Assembly (NCBI RefSeq): GCF_009914755.1
Contig: NC_060937.1
Strand: one strand, 5' to 3'
DNA from: the human T2T-CHM13v2.0 reference genome, Homo sapiens
DNA: 64,000 nt
The translations under genes and the position numbers were made by a program. Under the pieces are notes generated by a model. The model was not told where the DNA came from. It saw only the letters and a program-made list of their open reading frames with translations, and did not search any database. Shown here in pieces: positions 14,396 to 27,640 of this stretch; the stretch's first letter is position 1; every line of letters begins with the position of its first letter.

Positions 14396-15083
14396 GGTAT
14401 TTTTAATAAAAGAATTAAAACTTTAAGTACCTAGTGCTTCAAGATTTAGAAGTGCTAAAAACTCCCTTTAACATTCTTCTTATTTTGAAAATTTATTTTT
14501 AAGTTTTAACTTTTAAAATAAAATTTTACTACATTTTAGTTAATACACATCATACATAGAATTTACTGATAATATATGAGCATATTTCTGGCTTTGAGTA
14601 TAGCACATCTGCATAAAACACACACGCACACACACACTTTACCCTGAATGCCAAAAGAATAATCTGAGAACTATTATTAAGTAGAAAAATATTAATGCTT
14701 GCAAAGTGGTTAGAAAAGTGCTTAACAACACTAAGTAAATGTGTGTTATTATTATTCATTTCAGAGACATTTGTACACATACATTTTAAAATATGATAAG
14801 GAGTTAATGGTATATTCCTCAAAGAAGTAATAGCTGTTATCACCCATTTCAATGTAATAAGAAATAAAGAATGAATAGGCAGGAGTAGAATGTAACTAGT
14901 ATAACTTTTGATTGTCCCTATTCTCAATTCTTTATTCAATACTTTTTCATCTCACAATTACTGGTATCTCTAGTCTTTTGTGAATTTTATTTATTTTTAA
15001 AAATCACTTTGGTGTTTTATTTTCTTTTTCCTTTTTATTTATATTTGGAATATTGTAAGCATGTTAGTATTATGTTTATTAAT

Positions 15084-15447
15084 TGATATGGTTTAGCTGT
15101 GTCCCCACCCAAATCTCACCTTGAATTCTAGTTACCATAATCCCCACATGCCATGGGAGGGACCTGGTGGAAGGTAATTGAATCATGGGGGCAGGTTTTC
15201 CTCATGCTGTTCTTGTGATAGTGAATAAGTCTCATAAGATCTGATGGTTTTATAAAAGGCAGTTCTCCTGCGTATGCTCTCTTGGCTGCCGTCATGTAAG
15301 ACGTGTCTTTGCTCCTCCTTCACCTTCCACCATGATTGTGAGGCCTCCCCAACCATGTGGAACTGTGACTCCATTCAACCTCTTTTTCTTTGTAAATTAC
15401 CCAGTCTCATGTGTTTTTTCATAGCAGTATAGAAATGGACTAATACA
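15084..15447 (+). mobile_element. THE1 (B/C/D) MaLR solo LTR
   Basis: TGATATGGTTTAGCTGTGTCCCCACCCAAATCTC...GGACTAATACA; 5-bp TSD TTAAT/TTGAT. Confidence 0.95.
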
Positions 15448-16384
15448 TTGATAAAATCTTGTTCTGCTATTTTAAAAAATATTTTTAATTATTTAAATTA
15501 TAGTTAAGTCCTGAATAATATCAACAACAACAGCAAAACTTCTTTACAGACAATTTAGAGGAGGAAATTAAGCAGAATTCTTCTGCATTTAAAACAGTAT
15601 CTGGCACAGGATGTTCTATAAGTTTTTTTTTTTCAAATTATTGACTACAAATTTTCCACATCACCATCTAAATAGAAGATTTTGTCATTTGTCACTAGTG
15701 GAATTATTCCAGTGGCAGACAGTTTCTGACATGAAGATGACTCAAAGTGATAAAGCTGTCTAAATCACTGATGTCAATCAGCATCATTATGGGATCTGTC
15801 TAGATCTGAAAGCTAAACAGTATCACTTTAAGCAAGGATTTTCTTCAGAATGTAATGGAAATGGATATCACATGCCTAGGAGAGCTTTTTGCCAGGCAAA
15901 ATGATTGCCACTGGGTTTGTGGGTTGCAGCCGGTTTTCCCGTTGATACAATTAAGCTCTGTTTATTTCCTTTGTTACAATGTTACTGCCGTATTTCTTCT
16001 TAGGAAAAAAACAAAGAAAAAACAACAATCCCACTAGACCTTAGAGAGCAAACATTGTTTCATTTATCTTCTACTTATTTATAAATATTAATTTTAGAAG
16101 AATTAGAAATTATGAAAAACTATTAAAAAAGAGAACATTCCACAGTTTAGACACATTATTAACATATTATAAACTTTGGTATATAACCCAACTTTTTAAC
16201 AGTGTAGCTTTGTGTTATAGAGTGTGTTTAGGTCAGAAATGACACTTGGTTAGTCCTACTTTTGGAAAGATGAAAAAACCTTCCAGATACTTAGGGCAGT
16301 TTTCTGTCACTGAACACTTGTCAAAATTCTTTACTGTCATGTAGAGTTCTAGGGCAATGTGGCTGCTGTTTGAGCCTAGGAACA

Positions 16385-16570
16385 TTGTTTGGTTTGGGAA
16401 AGAATTGAGTCCCAGATCTGTCACCAATTAGTACTGTGACCTGGGGCGATATTTCAAATGTCTTAGTTTCTGTTATCTCAAAGAATAAGATAGGATTAAT
16501 AAAGTCCTAATACATAGATTCTTCATGATTACATTAAAATATCAATATAAAGTGGTCAGTAAATGTGAAT
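16385..16570 (+). mobile_element. MIR SINE
   Basis: TTGAGTCCCAGATCTGTCACCAATTAGTACTGTGACCTGGGG...CTTAGTTTCTGTTATC core. Confidence 0.65.
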
Positions 16571-17909
16571 TGGCTTCATTCTCTTTTTTTTTTGAAATTG
16601 ACAGATAAAATTATATGTATTCTGTATTACATGACTTTTGAAGTACATATACATTGTGTAATGACTATATCTAGGTACTTAACATATGCATCACCTTACA
16701 TAGTTATGGTTTCCATACTAAGAGCACTTTATTCCCTTTGCATTTTTTCAAGAGTAAAATATATTAACTACAATAACACTGTTGTATAATATATCCCTTG
16801 AACTTTTTCCTCCAAACTGAATTTTTTAATCCTTGACCAATATCTCCCAAACTTCTTCTTCTGCCAACCACTCCAGCCTCTGGTACCCACCATTCTAATC
16901 TCTACTTCTATGAGATCAACTTTTTTAGATTCCACATATGAATGAGATTATGTAATATTTGTCTTTCTACTCCTAGTTTATTTCACTTAACATAATGTGT
17001 TGTAGGTTCATTCATGTTATTGTAAATGACGAGGTTTTCTTCTTTTTCATGACTGAATAGTATTTCATTGTGCATATCACATTTTCTTTATCCATTCATC
17101 TGTTAATGGACACCTAGATTGATACCATATCTTAGTTATTGTCATTAATGCAGCAATGAACATGGCAGTGCAGATATCTCTTTGACATACTTATGCATTT
17201 ATTTTGGATATATATTCAGTAGTGGGAATGCTGCATCATATGGTAATTTTAATATTTAATTCTTTTTTAAGAAACCTCCCTACTGCTTTACATAATGTAT
17301 TAATTTACATTCTCAGCAACAGTGTCCAATATTTTCTCCATATCCTCACCAATCCTTAACTTTTGTCTTCTTGATAAATACCCATTCTAAAAGGTGTGAC
17401 ATAATATCTGATTTACATTTCTCTGATAATTAGTGATGTTGAGCATTTTTTAACACACCTGTTGTTCATTTGTATGTCTTCTTTTGAGAAATATCTATTC
17501 AGATCCTTTGACCATTTTGAAACTGAATTACTTGGATTTTATTATTGAATTTCTTATTATGTTTGGGTCCCTTATATATTTGGATATCAACTCCTTATCA
17601 GATGTACAATTTACAAATATTTTCTTATACTCTGTAGGTTGTCTCTTAACTCTGTTGACTGTTTTCTTTGATGTACAGGTTTTTTAATTCAATGTAATCC
17701 AATTGTCTATTTTATTTTTGTGCTTTGGGGGCTATATAAAAATCAGTCTTTAATCTATTTTCGTTGGATTTTTGTATATGGTGAGAGATATGAGTCTAGT
17801 TTCATTTTTCTGCATATGTTATCTGTTTTTTCCAGCACTATTTATTGAAGAGACTGTCCTTTCCCCATTGTGTGCCCTTGGCACCTTTGTCAAAAGTTAG
17901 TTGGCCATA

Positions 17910-18628
17910 CTTAGTCAAAAAATCAAAAAGTAATAGAGGTTGGCATGGATGTGGTGAAAGAGGAACACTTTTACACTGTTGGTGGAAATGTAAACTAGTA
18001 TAACCACTATGGAAATGTAAACTAGTATAACCACTATGGAGAACAATGTAAAGATTCCTTAAAGAACTAAGAGTAGATCTACCATTTGATCCATCAGTCC
18101 CACTACTGGGTATCTACCCAGAGGAAAAGATGTCATTATAGGAAAAAGATACTTGCACATGTATGTCATTAACAGCACAATTTGCAATTGCAAAAATATG
18201 GAACCAGCCCAAATGCCCATCTGTCAATGACTGGATAATGAAATGTGGTATACATACACCATGGAACACTACTCAGCCATAAAAAGAAATGAAATAATGG
18301 CATTCACAGTAACATGGATGGAATTGAAGATCATTATTTTAAGTGAAGTAACTCAGGAATGGAAAACCAAACTTCATCTTAACTCATAAGTGGGAGCTAA
18401 GCTACGAAAATGCAAAGGGGTAAGTATAATGCGATAGATTTTGGGAACTTGAGGGAAAGGATGGGAGGGAGCTGATGGATAAATGACTACATATTGGGTA
18501 CAGTGTGCACTGCTTGGGTTATGGGGTGCACCAAGATCTCAGAAATCATCACTAAAGAACTTATCCATGTAGCCAAACACCACCTGTTCCTCAATAACCT
18601 AGTTAAACAAAAAATAATAATAATAATT
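17910..18628 (+). mobile_element. L1PB 3' fragment
   Basis: CACCAAGATCTCAGAAATCATCACTAAAGAACTTATCCATGTAGCCAAACACCACCTGTTC plus (AAT)n tail. Confidence 0.9.
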
Positions 18629-18755
18629 TAAAAGCCTGGTTTTACTTCTTGGTTCTCTAGTCTGTTCCATTGGTCTACCTCTCTGTTCTTATGAAACAAT
18701 TCTATTTTCATATTAGATCCGTGGTATATTTGAGTAGTATATGAAAATAGCTTTG

Positions 18756-18756
<1 letters not shown>

Positions 18757-18786
<30 letters not shown>
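18757..18786. repeat. (TG)15 microsatellite at the tail position of an Alu
   Basis: Direct reading. Confidence 0.95.
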
Positions 18787-18792
<6 letters not shown>

Positions 18793-18812
18793 CATATATA
18801 TTACATATAATC

Positions 18813-19083
18813 CGAGTCTCTCTCTGTTGCCCAGGCTTGAGTGCAGTGGCACCATCTTGGCTCACTGCAGCCTCGCCTCCTGGGTTCAAGCAAATTCTCC
18901 TGTCTCAGCCTCCAGAGTAGCTGGGATTACAGGTGTGTGCCATGACACCTGGCTAATTTTTGTATTTTTAGTAGAGATGGGGTTTCACCATGTTGGCCAG
19001 GCTGGTCTCAAACTCCTGCCCTCAAGTGATTAACCTGCCTCGGCCTCCCAAAGTGTTGGAATTACAGGCTACCATGCCTGGCT
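18813..19083 (-). mobile_element. AluS SINE
   Basis: GAGTCTCTCTCTGTTGCCCAGGCT...GCCTCCCAAAGTG...CCATGCCTGGC. Confidence 0.92.
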
Positions 19084-19589
19084 GCTTTGCAGTATATTTT
19101 AAAATAAGTTAGGATAATGCCTCCAGCTTTGTTACTCTTAATTTTTGCTTTAGATTGCTTTTGCTATTTGGACTCTTTTATGATTACATATAAATTTTAG
19201 AATTTTTTTTCTATTTCTGTGAAAAATATCATTGGTACTTTGATAGGGATTACATTCAGTCTAAAGGTTTCCTTAGGTAGCACGGTCATTTTAACAATAT
19301 TAACTCTTCCAGTCAATGAACACAGAATATTTTTTATTCATTAGTGTCTTCTTTAATTTCTATCATCAACGTTTTATAGTTTTTGTTGTTGAGATCTTTC
19401 ATCTTCTTGGTTAAATTTCTTCTTTAGTAGTTTACTTTTGTAGCTGTTGTAGGTGGGATATTAAAATTTATTTTTCAGATGATTCATAGTGTATAAAAGT
19501 GCTATTGATTTTTGCATATTGATTTTGTATCCTGTAACTTAATTGAATTCGATCATTAGTTCCAACAGTTTTTGGTTTTAGTCTTATAG

Positions 19590-20063
<474 letters not shown>

Positions 20064-21299
20064 TGAACAGGAGTGGTGAGAATGGGCATCCTTGTCTGTT
20101 TCAGATCTTAGAGGAAAAGCTTTCAGCTTTTCCCCATAGAATATAGTGGTAGCTGTGGATTTGTCATGCATAGTCTTCATTGTGTTGAGGAACATTTGTT
20201 GTATGCTTAATTTGTTGAGAGTTTTTGTATAAAAGCATGCTGAATGTTTATAAATGCTTTTTCTAGATCTGTTGAACTAATCATATAGTTTTGGTCCTTC
20301 CTTCTGTTAATGCAGTATATCACACTTACTGATGTGCATATGCTGTACCATATTTACATCTCTGGAATAAATGCCACTTGGTCATGGTGAGTGACCTGTT
20401 TAATATGCTGTTGAATTATCTTTGCTAGCTTTTGTTGAGATCCTTTGCATCTACATGCATCAGGAATATTGGCCTGGAGTTGTCTTATTTTTAGCATCCT
20501 TGCCTGACATTGCTATCAAGGTAATGATGGTCTCATAAAATGAGTCTGGAAGTATTCTCACATCTTAAATGGCCTGGAAGAGTTTGAGAATAATTGGTAT
20601 TCATTCTTCAGAATTTTTATAGAACTCAGCAGTGAAGCTATCAGGGCCTGGGTTTATCTTTGATGGAGAACTTCTTATTATTGTTTCAACAATCCTTACT
20701 TGTTATTGGTCTGCTCAGGTGTTCTAATTCTTTGTAATTCAATCTTGGTAGATTGTATGTCAAGGAAGTTACTCATTTCTTCTAAGTTACCCAATTTTTT
20801 GGTGTATGACTATTCATAAAAATCTCTTATGATCCTTTATATTTCTGTTGTATAAGTTATAATATTTCCTTTCTTATTTCTAATTTTATTTGTATCTTCT
20901 CTCTTATTTCCTTAGGTAAGCTAGCTAATGGTTTGTCAATCTGGTTATCTTTTCAAAATAAAAACCTCTTGTTTATCTTTTCTATTGTTTTTCAAGTCCC
21001 TATTTCATTTATTTCTCATCTGACCTTTATTTCCTTCCTTCTCCTAACTGTGGGCTTAATTTCTTTTTGTATTTTTCTAGTTCTTTGAGGTATAACATTA
21101 GGTTGCTTATTTGAGAATTTTCTTTTTTTGTTTTTTGATGTAGGTGTTCATTGCTATAAGCTTTACATTTAGAGCTGATTTTCCTATGCCCTCTATGTTT
21201 TCATATGTTGTGTTTCTTTTCACATTCATTTTAAATTTACCTTTTAATTTTTCTTTTAATATTTTCATTGACCTATTGATTATTGAATTTTTATTTTTA

Positions 21300-21500
21300 C
21301 TTGATTTGAGTATGCCACAGGACTTTAGAAAAAAAAATTAGCACCCCAAATCTTCACAAAATAATCTTACTCTTAATTATTGTAATGCACTATTTTCTAT
21401 TTGATACCTGTATTTTAACTAAAATTTCTGATAATGATCCACAAAATTGATTCCACGCCTATTAATATCTTATAACCCACACATTGTAAAGCAGTGTTTT
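21300..21500. mobile_element. Possible hAT-Charlie element end
   Basis: AAATTGATTCCACGCCTATTAAT...AACCCACACATTGTAAAGCAGTG resembles hAT termini. Confidence 0.35.
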
Positions 21501-22460
21501 AGAAAAACTGTGCTTTATAGTGGGGGCTAGAATATGGAAGTCTGTCTTGGAAAGAACACATCAAGAAAGAGAAGAGCAGTAAATCTCTGGTATTTAGAGA
21601 TCAAGTGTAATGACATAGAGGCTCATTGTAATGAGCACAGGGGTAAAAAGGTTATTGGTGTCTACAATAATGGGAACCCATTTGCTTTAGGACCAGGCTC
21701 AACAAAGCAAAAGGACATTATGAGAAATGAACATGGAAGCTCTGCGCCAGTGCAGAAGCAGTTCTGATAATGACTGAGAATCTGGGGATTTTTCCTTGGC
21801 TTTTCAGGCACTCCTACAGAATTTAATTGTTGAGAAGGCTACTGGGTAAACTCTAGACTTTTGCCACTCATATTGCTGGAAGCATTTTGGGAATTGAACT
21901 ATAAATTTACTGTATGTTACTGTACTACACTATATTATACCATACTAAATACTTAATACCTTAACATACCCGTAGAGAAGGAAGAAAGTTTGCTGAATAA
22001 ATAAATAAATATTTAAACACCACACACACACAAACCTGAACATTTAAAAAAGTTTATTTACCAATAAAAGTAAACATTTCACATATAATGATGTATTATT
22101 CAGTATTGTAGTAATGTATAAATATGTAGTAAATATACATAGTGAATATACAATGTAGTTACGCAAATGCTCTTGTTTCTTATTCATTCTTTTTCTAGTT
22201 TTTTCATGTTAATACAGTGATATCATGCATTTCCTTTGAGATAAAATTTTGTGTTTTTACTCTGAGAAAATCTAACAATTTCTAGGCCAATTGAAAATCA
22301 GGTTTAGACCATTTTCCTGTTTTGTTTTGTTTCCCATTAAACGTGGTTTTATCACTTAATTGAATGATGTGTTTCATTGACTTATTCATATAATTAAGGT
22401 CAATTTGTGTAGCACTTATAGCACTTATACGTAATTGGGTACCATAAGAATAATGTAAGT

Positions 22461-22528
22461 GAAGAGAAAGGAAGGAAGGAAGAGAAGGAGAGAGGGAGGG
22501 AGGAAGGAAAGGAAGAAGAAAGGGAGGA
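22461..22528. repeat. GA-rich (GGAA/GGGA)n simple repeat
   Basis: Direct reading. Confidence 0.9.
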
Positions 22529-24385
22529 CTTGGCACAGGGATAATTACAAAGCAACATATATTTGTTGGACTCTAATTGCAATCTCAGCACAGATATTAG
22601 TTCTTTGAGTCTGACCGTTGACCTGATTACTGTCATTGTATTAACTGATAGTTAAGACACATGTGTTTTGTTGTATCATGTGATTGTTAGCTTCAATGAG
22701 TTAAAAAAAGTAAGGTAATTTTGAAATTAGGTGATATTTTATATCAGTCATTATTGGGATGATTATAAAGACTGCATAACTATTGATTCTCTTCATTAAT
22801 TCTGATTCTAAGTAAAATTACCACAATTAACATCTTTTCTTACATGAAACACAAGGCATGTTCTATTGTTTCCTGTTTCTTAGCATGGTTCAGACCTAAA
22901 AATAGTAAGACAAAATAATGGATAAAACAAACAAACCATAAGCTTTTTGATTTAAAATAAACAATCCTGGCAATTTAAATTGGATGTCTTACCTTCTATA
23001 TAGCTTCCCATTTATAAGAAAGCATAAGGTATTTGCAATCATATTGTAAATACTATTTAAAACATCTGTTTACATTTCTAATATTGGAATGTTTATGGGA
23101 CACTCGAGGTAAACTTTCAATACCCTCTATTTTACTTTTACATGTAGTTATACTACTATGTTTCTTAAAGTTAGCTAATGAAATTTGCAACCTACTGGTA
23201 TTAGTAAGTTTTCAACATGCTTTTTAGCTATATGGGGCCCAAAATGGAGAGAGAGATGTGCTAATTCAGGTGGAATAACCTGATTATTATAGGGTTAAGA
23301 GTGGAACAGCAAGCACTTGCTTTCAGCAGCTTTGTGTAGTATTTACAGAATTTGAAAGTGTGGTTTTCTTTCTCACTCCTGCTCCTCCTTTCTTTATTTA
23401 AGAAAATTTTTTTGTCTTCTTTTTCACTAAAATTAAATTAGTTCTAAGATAACTACTCACCAAAATTTAGATTTAATTACTAGCAATGTGTCTAATCATG
23501 CATATATGTATAACATCTCTGATGTTCAAATGACTACCTCAGCAACAAGGAAATAAAATTACTTCTTTTATTTTGGTTATATCAATCAATAAAGTCCAGA
23601 TTCTGATGAGAAGTTAATTACAAATTTTATAAAACAAAACTTTTGAACATTAATAATTCTTTATAAGCCACAAACAAGGCAGACTCATACACCTGTGAAG
23701 TTTTATCAAGCAATGATTGCTGAAAACCTTTTTACCCCACAGAAAGAATGTCTAGAATAGCTCCAAACAAAATTTTAAAATAATCAGTGTTCAAATCCGG
23801 ATATAAGTAGATTAACTCCAGGTTTGTTTTCATTTCTCAACAATCTGAAAGTGCTCTAGTATTCTCGATAACATAAAATGGCCAGTAACTTCATAGTTAT
23901 TTATCAGTTGATTAAGGTGAGTTATAAAGTGAAAGTCTCCTTTTTTCACTGCCATTATAAACTGCTCAGTGAAGTTGAATGATAATGAACTATAAAAATA
24001 AAAACAAATACAAATGATCTGCACTGATTAAAAAAAAGAACTGAGGAACTAAAACCAAGATGTAAGCTAATACAAAAGTCTTTTATATTTGGATAAGTAA
24101 AATCTTGTCCTTGGGAAGCTAATGTGCTGTCCCAGAAAAGACACCTGATGTCTGTGATACTGGTAGTGATTTTTAAACCTCAAAATATCGCTGCCTCTGG
24201 GCAGAAATGTCAGTTTCCTTTATAATCTATAGTTTGAAATTAATGACTCATTTTCTATTTTTATTTTCTGCTACTGATGTCTTAGAGTAGCTTTTTGCTG
24301 TGGTAAACAATGAAATAAAGGTCATGGACAAGAAGTTTCAAATTATGGATCTAGCTATTGTTCCATTTGAATTTTTCATACACCT

Positions 24386-24900
24386 ATTTTTTAATTTTTT
24401 TAAAGTTTTATTTTACTTTTAATTGACAAACAATAATTATAAATTTATGGGGTACAGTGATAGTTCAATGCATGTATACATTGTGGAATGATCAAATCAG
24501 GCCAATTAACATAAAAATTGCTTCAGTTGCTACTTGTGTACGGTGAAAATGTTTAAAATCTACTTTTTAAAGCTATTTTGAAATGTGCAGTACATTATTA
24601 CTAACTATAATTACCGTGCTGCGCAACAGACCACCAGAACTTATCCTTCTGTCTAACTGAAACTTTGTACCCTTTGACCAATGTATCTCCTCTCCCTATT
24701 CACCTCCCTGATCCCTCCCTATCCTCCTATGAGTTTGAATTTTTATATTTCGCATATAAGTAAGAGATCATTCAATATTTGTCTTCTTGTACCTGGCATA
24801 TTTCATATAAACTGAAGGCATAATGTCCTTCAGTTTCATCCACATTACAAACGATGGAATTTCCTGCTTTTTAAAAAGGCTGAGTAGTATTCTGTAAATA
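24386..24900 (-). mobile_element. L1MA 3' end fragment
   Basis: AATTGACAAACAATAATT...TACATTGTGGAATGATCAAATCAGG; CTAACTGAAACTTTGTACCCTTTGACCAA. Confidence 0.85.
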
Positions 24901-25099
24901 CCTCAAATTTTAATGTGTAATATGTGATATAATATATAGTGTAAGAAATACATATGACAGTTGTGAAACATTGTACAATGAACACTTTAAAGCACCACCA
25001 CAGTTAAAAATAGATATCTCCACACTTAGAAGCTGCTTCAGTGATTCTATTATTTCAGCTTCCTTCTTTTCTCATGAATTCAGTTTCTAACATTTTCTT

Positions 25100-26560
25100 C
25101 TATTTTGAAAATTTCAATTTGATATAATTCGAACTTATAGAAAATTTCAAGAATTCCTTACATGGAATGCTTATATATCCTTCACTCTGATTCACCCTTT
25201 GTTTATATTTTCTCTGTTTTCCTTTATCAGACTATCTTTATATATTTACATATACATGCATATTATTGTAATCCATTTGCAAATAATTTAAAGATATGTG
25301 TACTCTTTAACCCTAAATAGTGTCTATTTCTTAAGAGTAAGAACATTCTCTTGTGTACTCTACTAAGCGGTTATGAAAATCAGAAAGCAATGTTGAAACA
25401 ATATTACCATCTAATTCACAGTCTTTTTTCAAACGTCATCAAATATCTTCAATGTTCCTTATGGTAATTTTCTTCCCCAATAAGGGATTGAATTCAAGAT
25501 CGTTTTTTATATTTCATCGTTTGGTTTACTTTATCTAGATCAATTCCATAGCCTTGCATTGTGAGTTTTTTGAAGTACAGGCCAATTATTTTGTAGAAAT
25601 ATCTTTCCATTTAAATTTTTTGATGTTTCCTCATGATTTGATTAGGTAATGTCATACATTTTTGCACAAAAGTAACATTGTGTCTAAGTTCATTATATCA
25701 AGAGGCATATAATAGCAGTTTATCCCATTATTACATTTAAACATTTGTTAATGGTTGTGCCTACCAGGATTTCTGACTCTACCATTACTAATTATCTTTT
25801 TGTTAACAAATAATTTGTTGGAAGGTACTGAGAGAGTCTTAAATTCTGTTTCTTACTACAATTTCACAGCATCCATTGATATTTTTATAACTCCTTCAAA
25901 TCTTTTGTGTTTATTATTTACCATTTTACAAGGAAGAATTTTATCTTCATTTATTTATTGTTCATTAACTCATTGATTTATGCAAGTGATGTTATGGATT
26001 CTCACTTTATTCAATGATAATCACAAAATGTTGCTATTTGTTTTCATGATAAAATTCTCAACCAGCAGGAGCCATTTCAAACTACCTCCTGTGCTTTATC
26101 ACCAGGTTACCCTAATTCTTTGAGGACTGTCTTGCTTTCTGAAACAAAATATTTTAGGCTTATTTTTGACATTTTGTGACTCTGAAATCAGTATTTCCTT
26201 CAAGATCTCTGGCTTTTTTCAATGGAGGTTGTTATTTAGAAACTGAAGTCTGAGTGTTAAATATGCTCATTGTCGCTGATGTGACATTGCTTCTAGTCTC
26301 TCATAGAAGACAGGACTTTTTCCTCTCTCCCTTTTTCTGCCTTTTCCCATGCACCACTTGTTTTTACTGATACTCCCATTTCCAACTCAAAGCCACAAAA
26401 TGCATTCTCAACTTTCCCCACTGAATATTTATAATTTTCTTCCCTGTTAGAAAGAAACTACAAGTCCCTTTTGTCAATACATTCACTCCTTTGCTCAATC
26501 TAGGATACAGGAGATAGTTTCATAATTTCTAGCCCATATTACTATGAAAAACAAATACAT
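25100..26560 (-). mobile_element. L1MC/L1ME 3' UTR fragment
   Basis: GATATAATTCGAACTTATAGAAAATTTCAAGAAT; AGTACAGGCCAATTATTTTGTAGAA; TTAGAAACTGAAGTCTGAGTG. Confidence 0.7.
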
Positions 26561-26589
26561 AAGCTAGTTTAAAATATTTACTGATTTTT

Positions 26590-27640
26590 TTAAGGTAAAT
26601 TTTACATAGAAATAAAAATACTAAGCTCACAATCAATAACTTTTGACAAATGAATACATACATGTAATCTACATTTCTTTTAAGATACAGAACATTTACG
26701 TCACCCCAGGAAGTTTCTTCATTGCTTTTATCTGTCAGTTTCCCCACAAAGTAAACTAAGCTTGTTTTTCCTAGGAAGAATAGTTTTTCCCATTCTGAAT
26801 TTTCATATAAATGGAAACATAAATTTCTTATAAATGTGCTCATTTGTCTGATTTTTTTTATTGTGAGATTCATCCAAGTTTTATATGTATCAGTAGTTTA
26901 GTTCATTTTATTGTTAAGTATGTATCTATCGACGTTATCAAATTTCCTGTTGATGGGCATTTGAGTGGCTTCCAGTTTGAGTCTCTTAGACATACAGCTG
27001 CTATGTGCATTCTTAGTACTAGTCTTTGTGTGAATATAGATTTCCATTTGACAATAGTGATTCTTATAAATAAAAGTGCTGGATCATATGGTAGGTGTCT
27101 GTCTAAATTTGTAGGAAACTGAGAGCCACTTTCAATATGCAATGTCCCCATTCTTATCAGCAATACTGGGATAGTTCTGGTCATTATATACCCTCACCAA
27201 CAATTGCTATAGTCAATTTTTAAATTTAGTCATTCTAGTAGAAGAATAGTGTTAGCTCATGGAAGTTTAACTTGCATTTCCCTGATATAATTCTAAATAT
27301 TTTTGTATGTGTTTAGAGTCCTTTATCTTCCGTTTTGAGGTCAATACAGATATTTTGTCTCTTTTGTAATTTTTTTATTATTGAATTCTAGCAATTTCAA
27401 ATATATATTCTGGATAAATGTTGTTTTTCATGTATATTAAATACATACACATAGATACGTATATTTACACACATACATATATATATACACGTATATATAT
27501 ATGTGTGTATGTGACTATATATGCATGTATTTCCTTCAAATATTTTATCCCACACTGTGGATTGGCTAATATTTTTAGATAATATCATTGAAAAGAAAGA
27601 TTAGTTTTTCTTCTATGGTTTTTGCATTTCACTCTACTCT
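26590..27640 (-). mobile_element. L1ME/L1MD 3' fragment with internal TA/CA repeat (27440-27530)
   Basis: ORF 26903-27184 contains ORF2 C-terminal-like LPYDPAL...RMHIAA...NWKPLKCPSTG. Confidence 0.75.
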
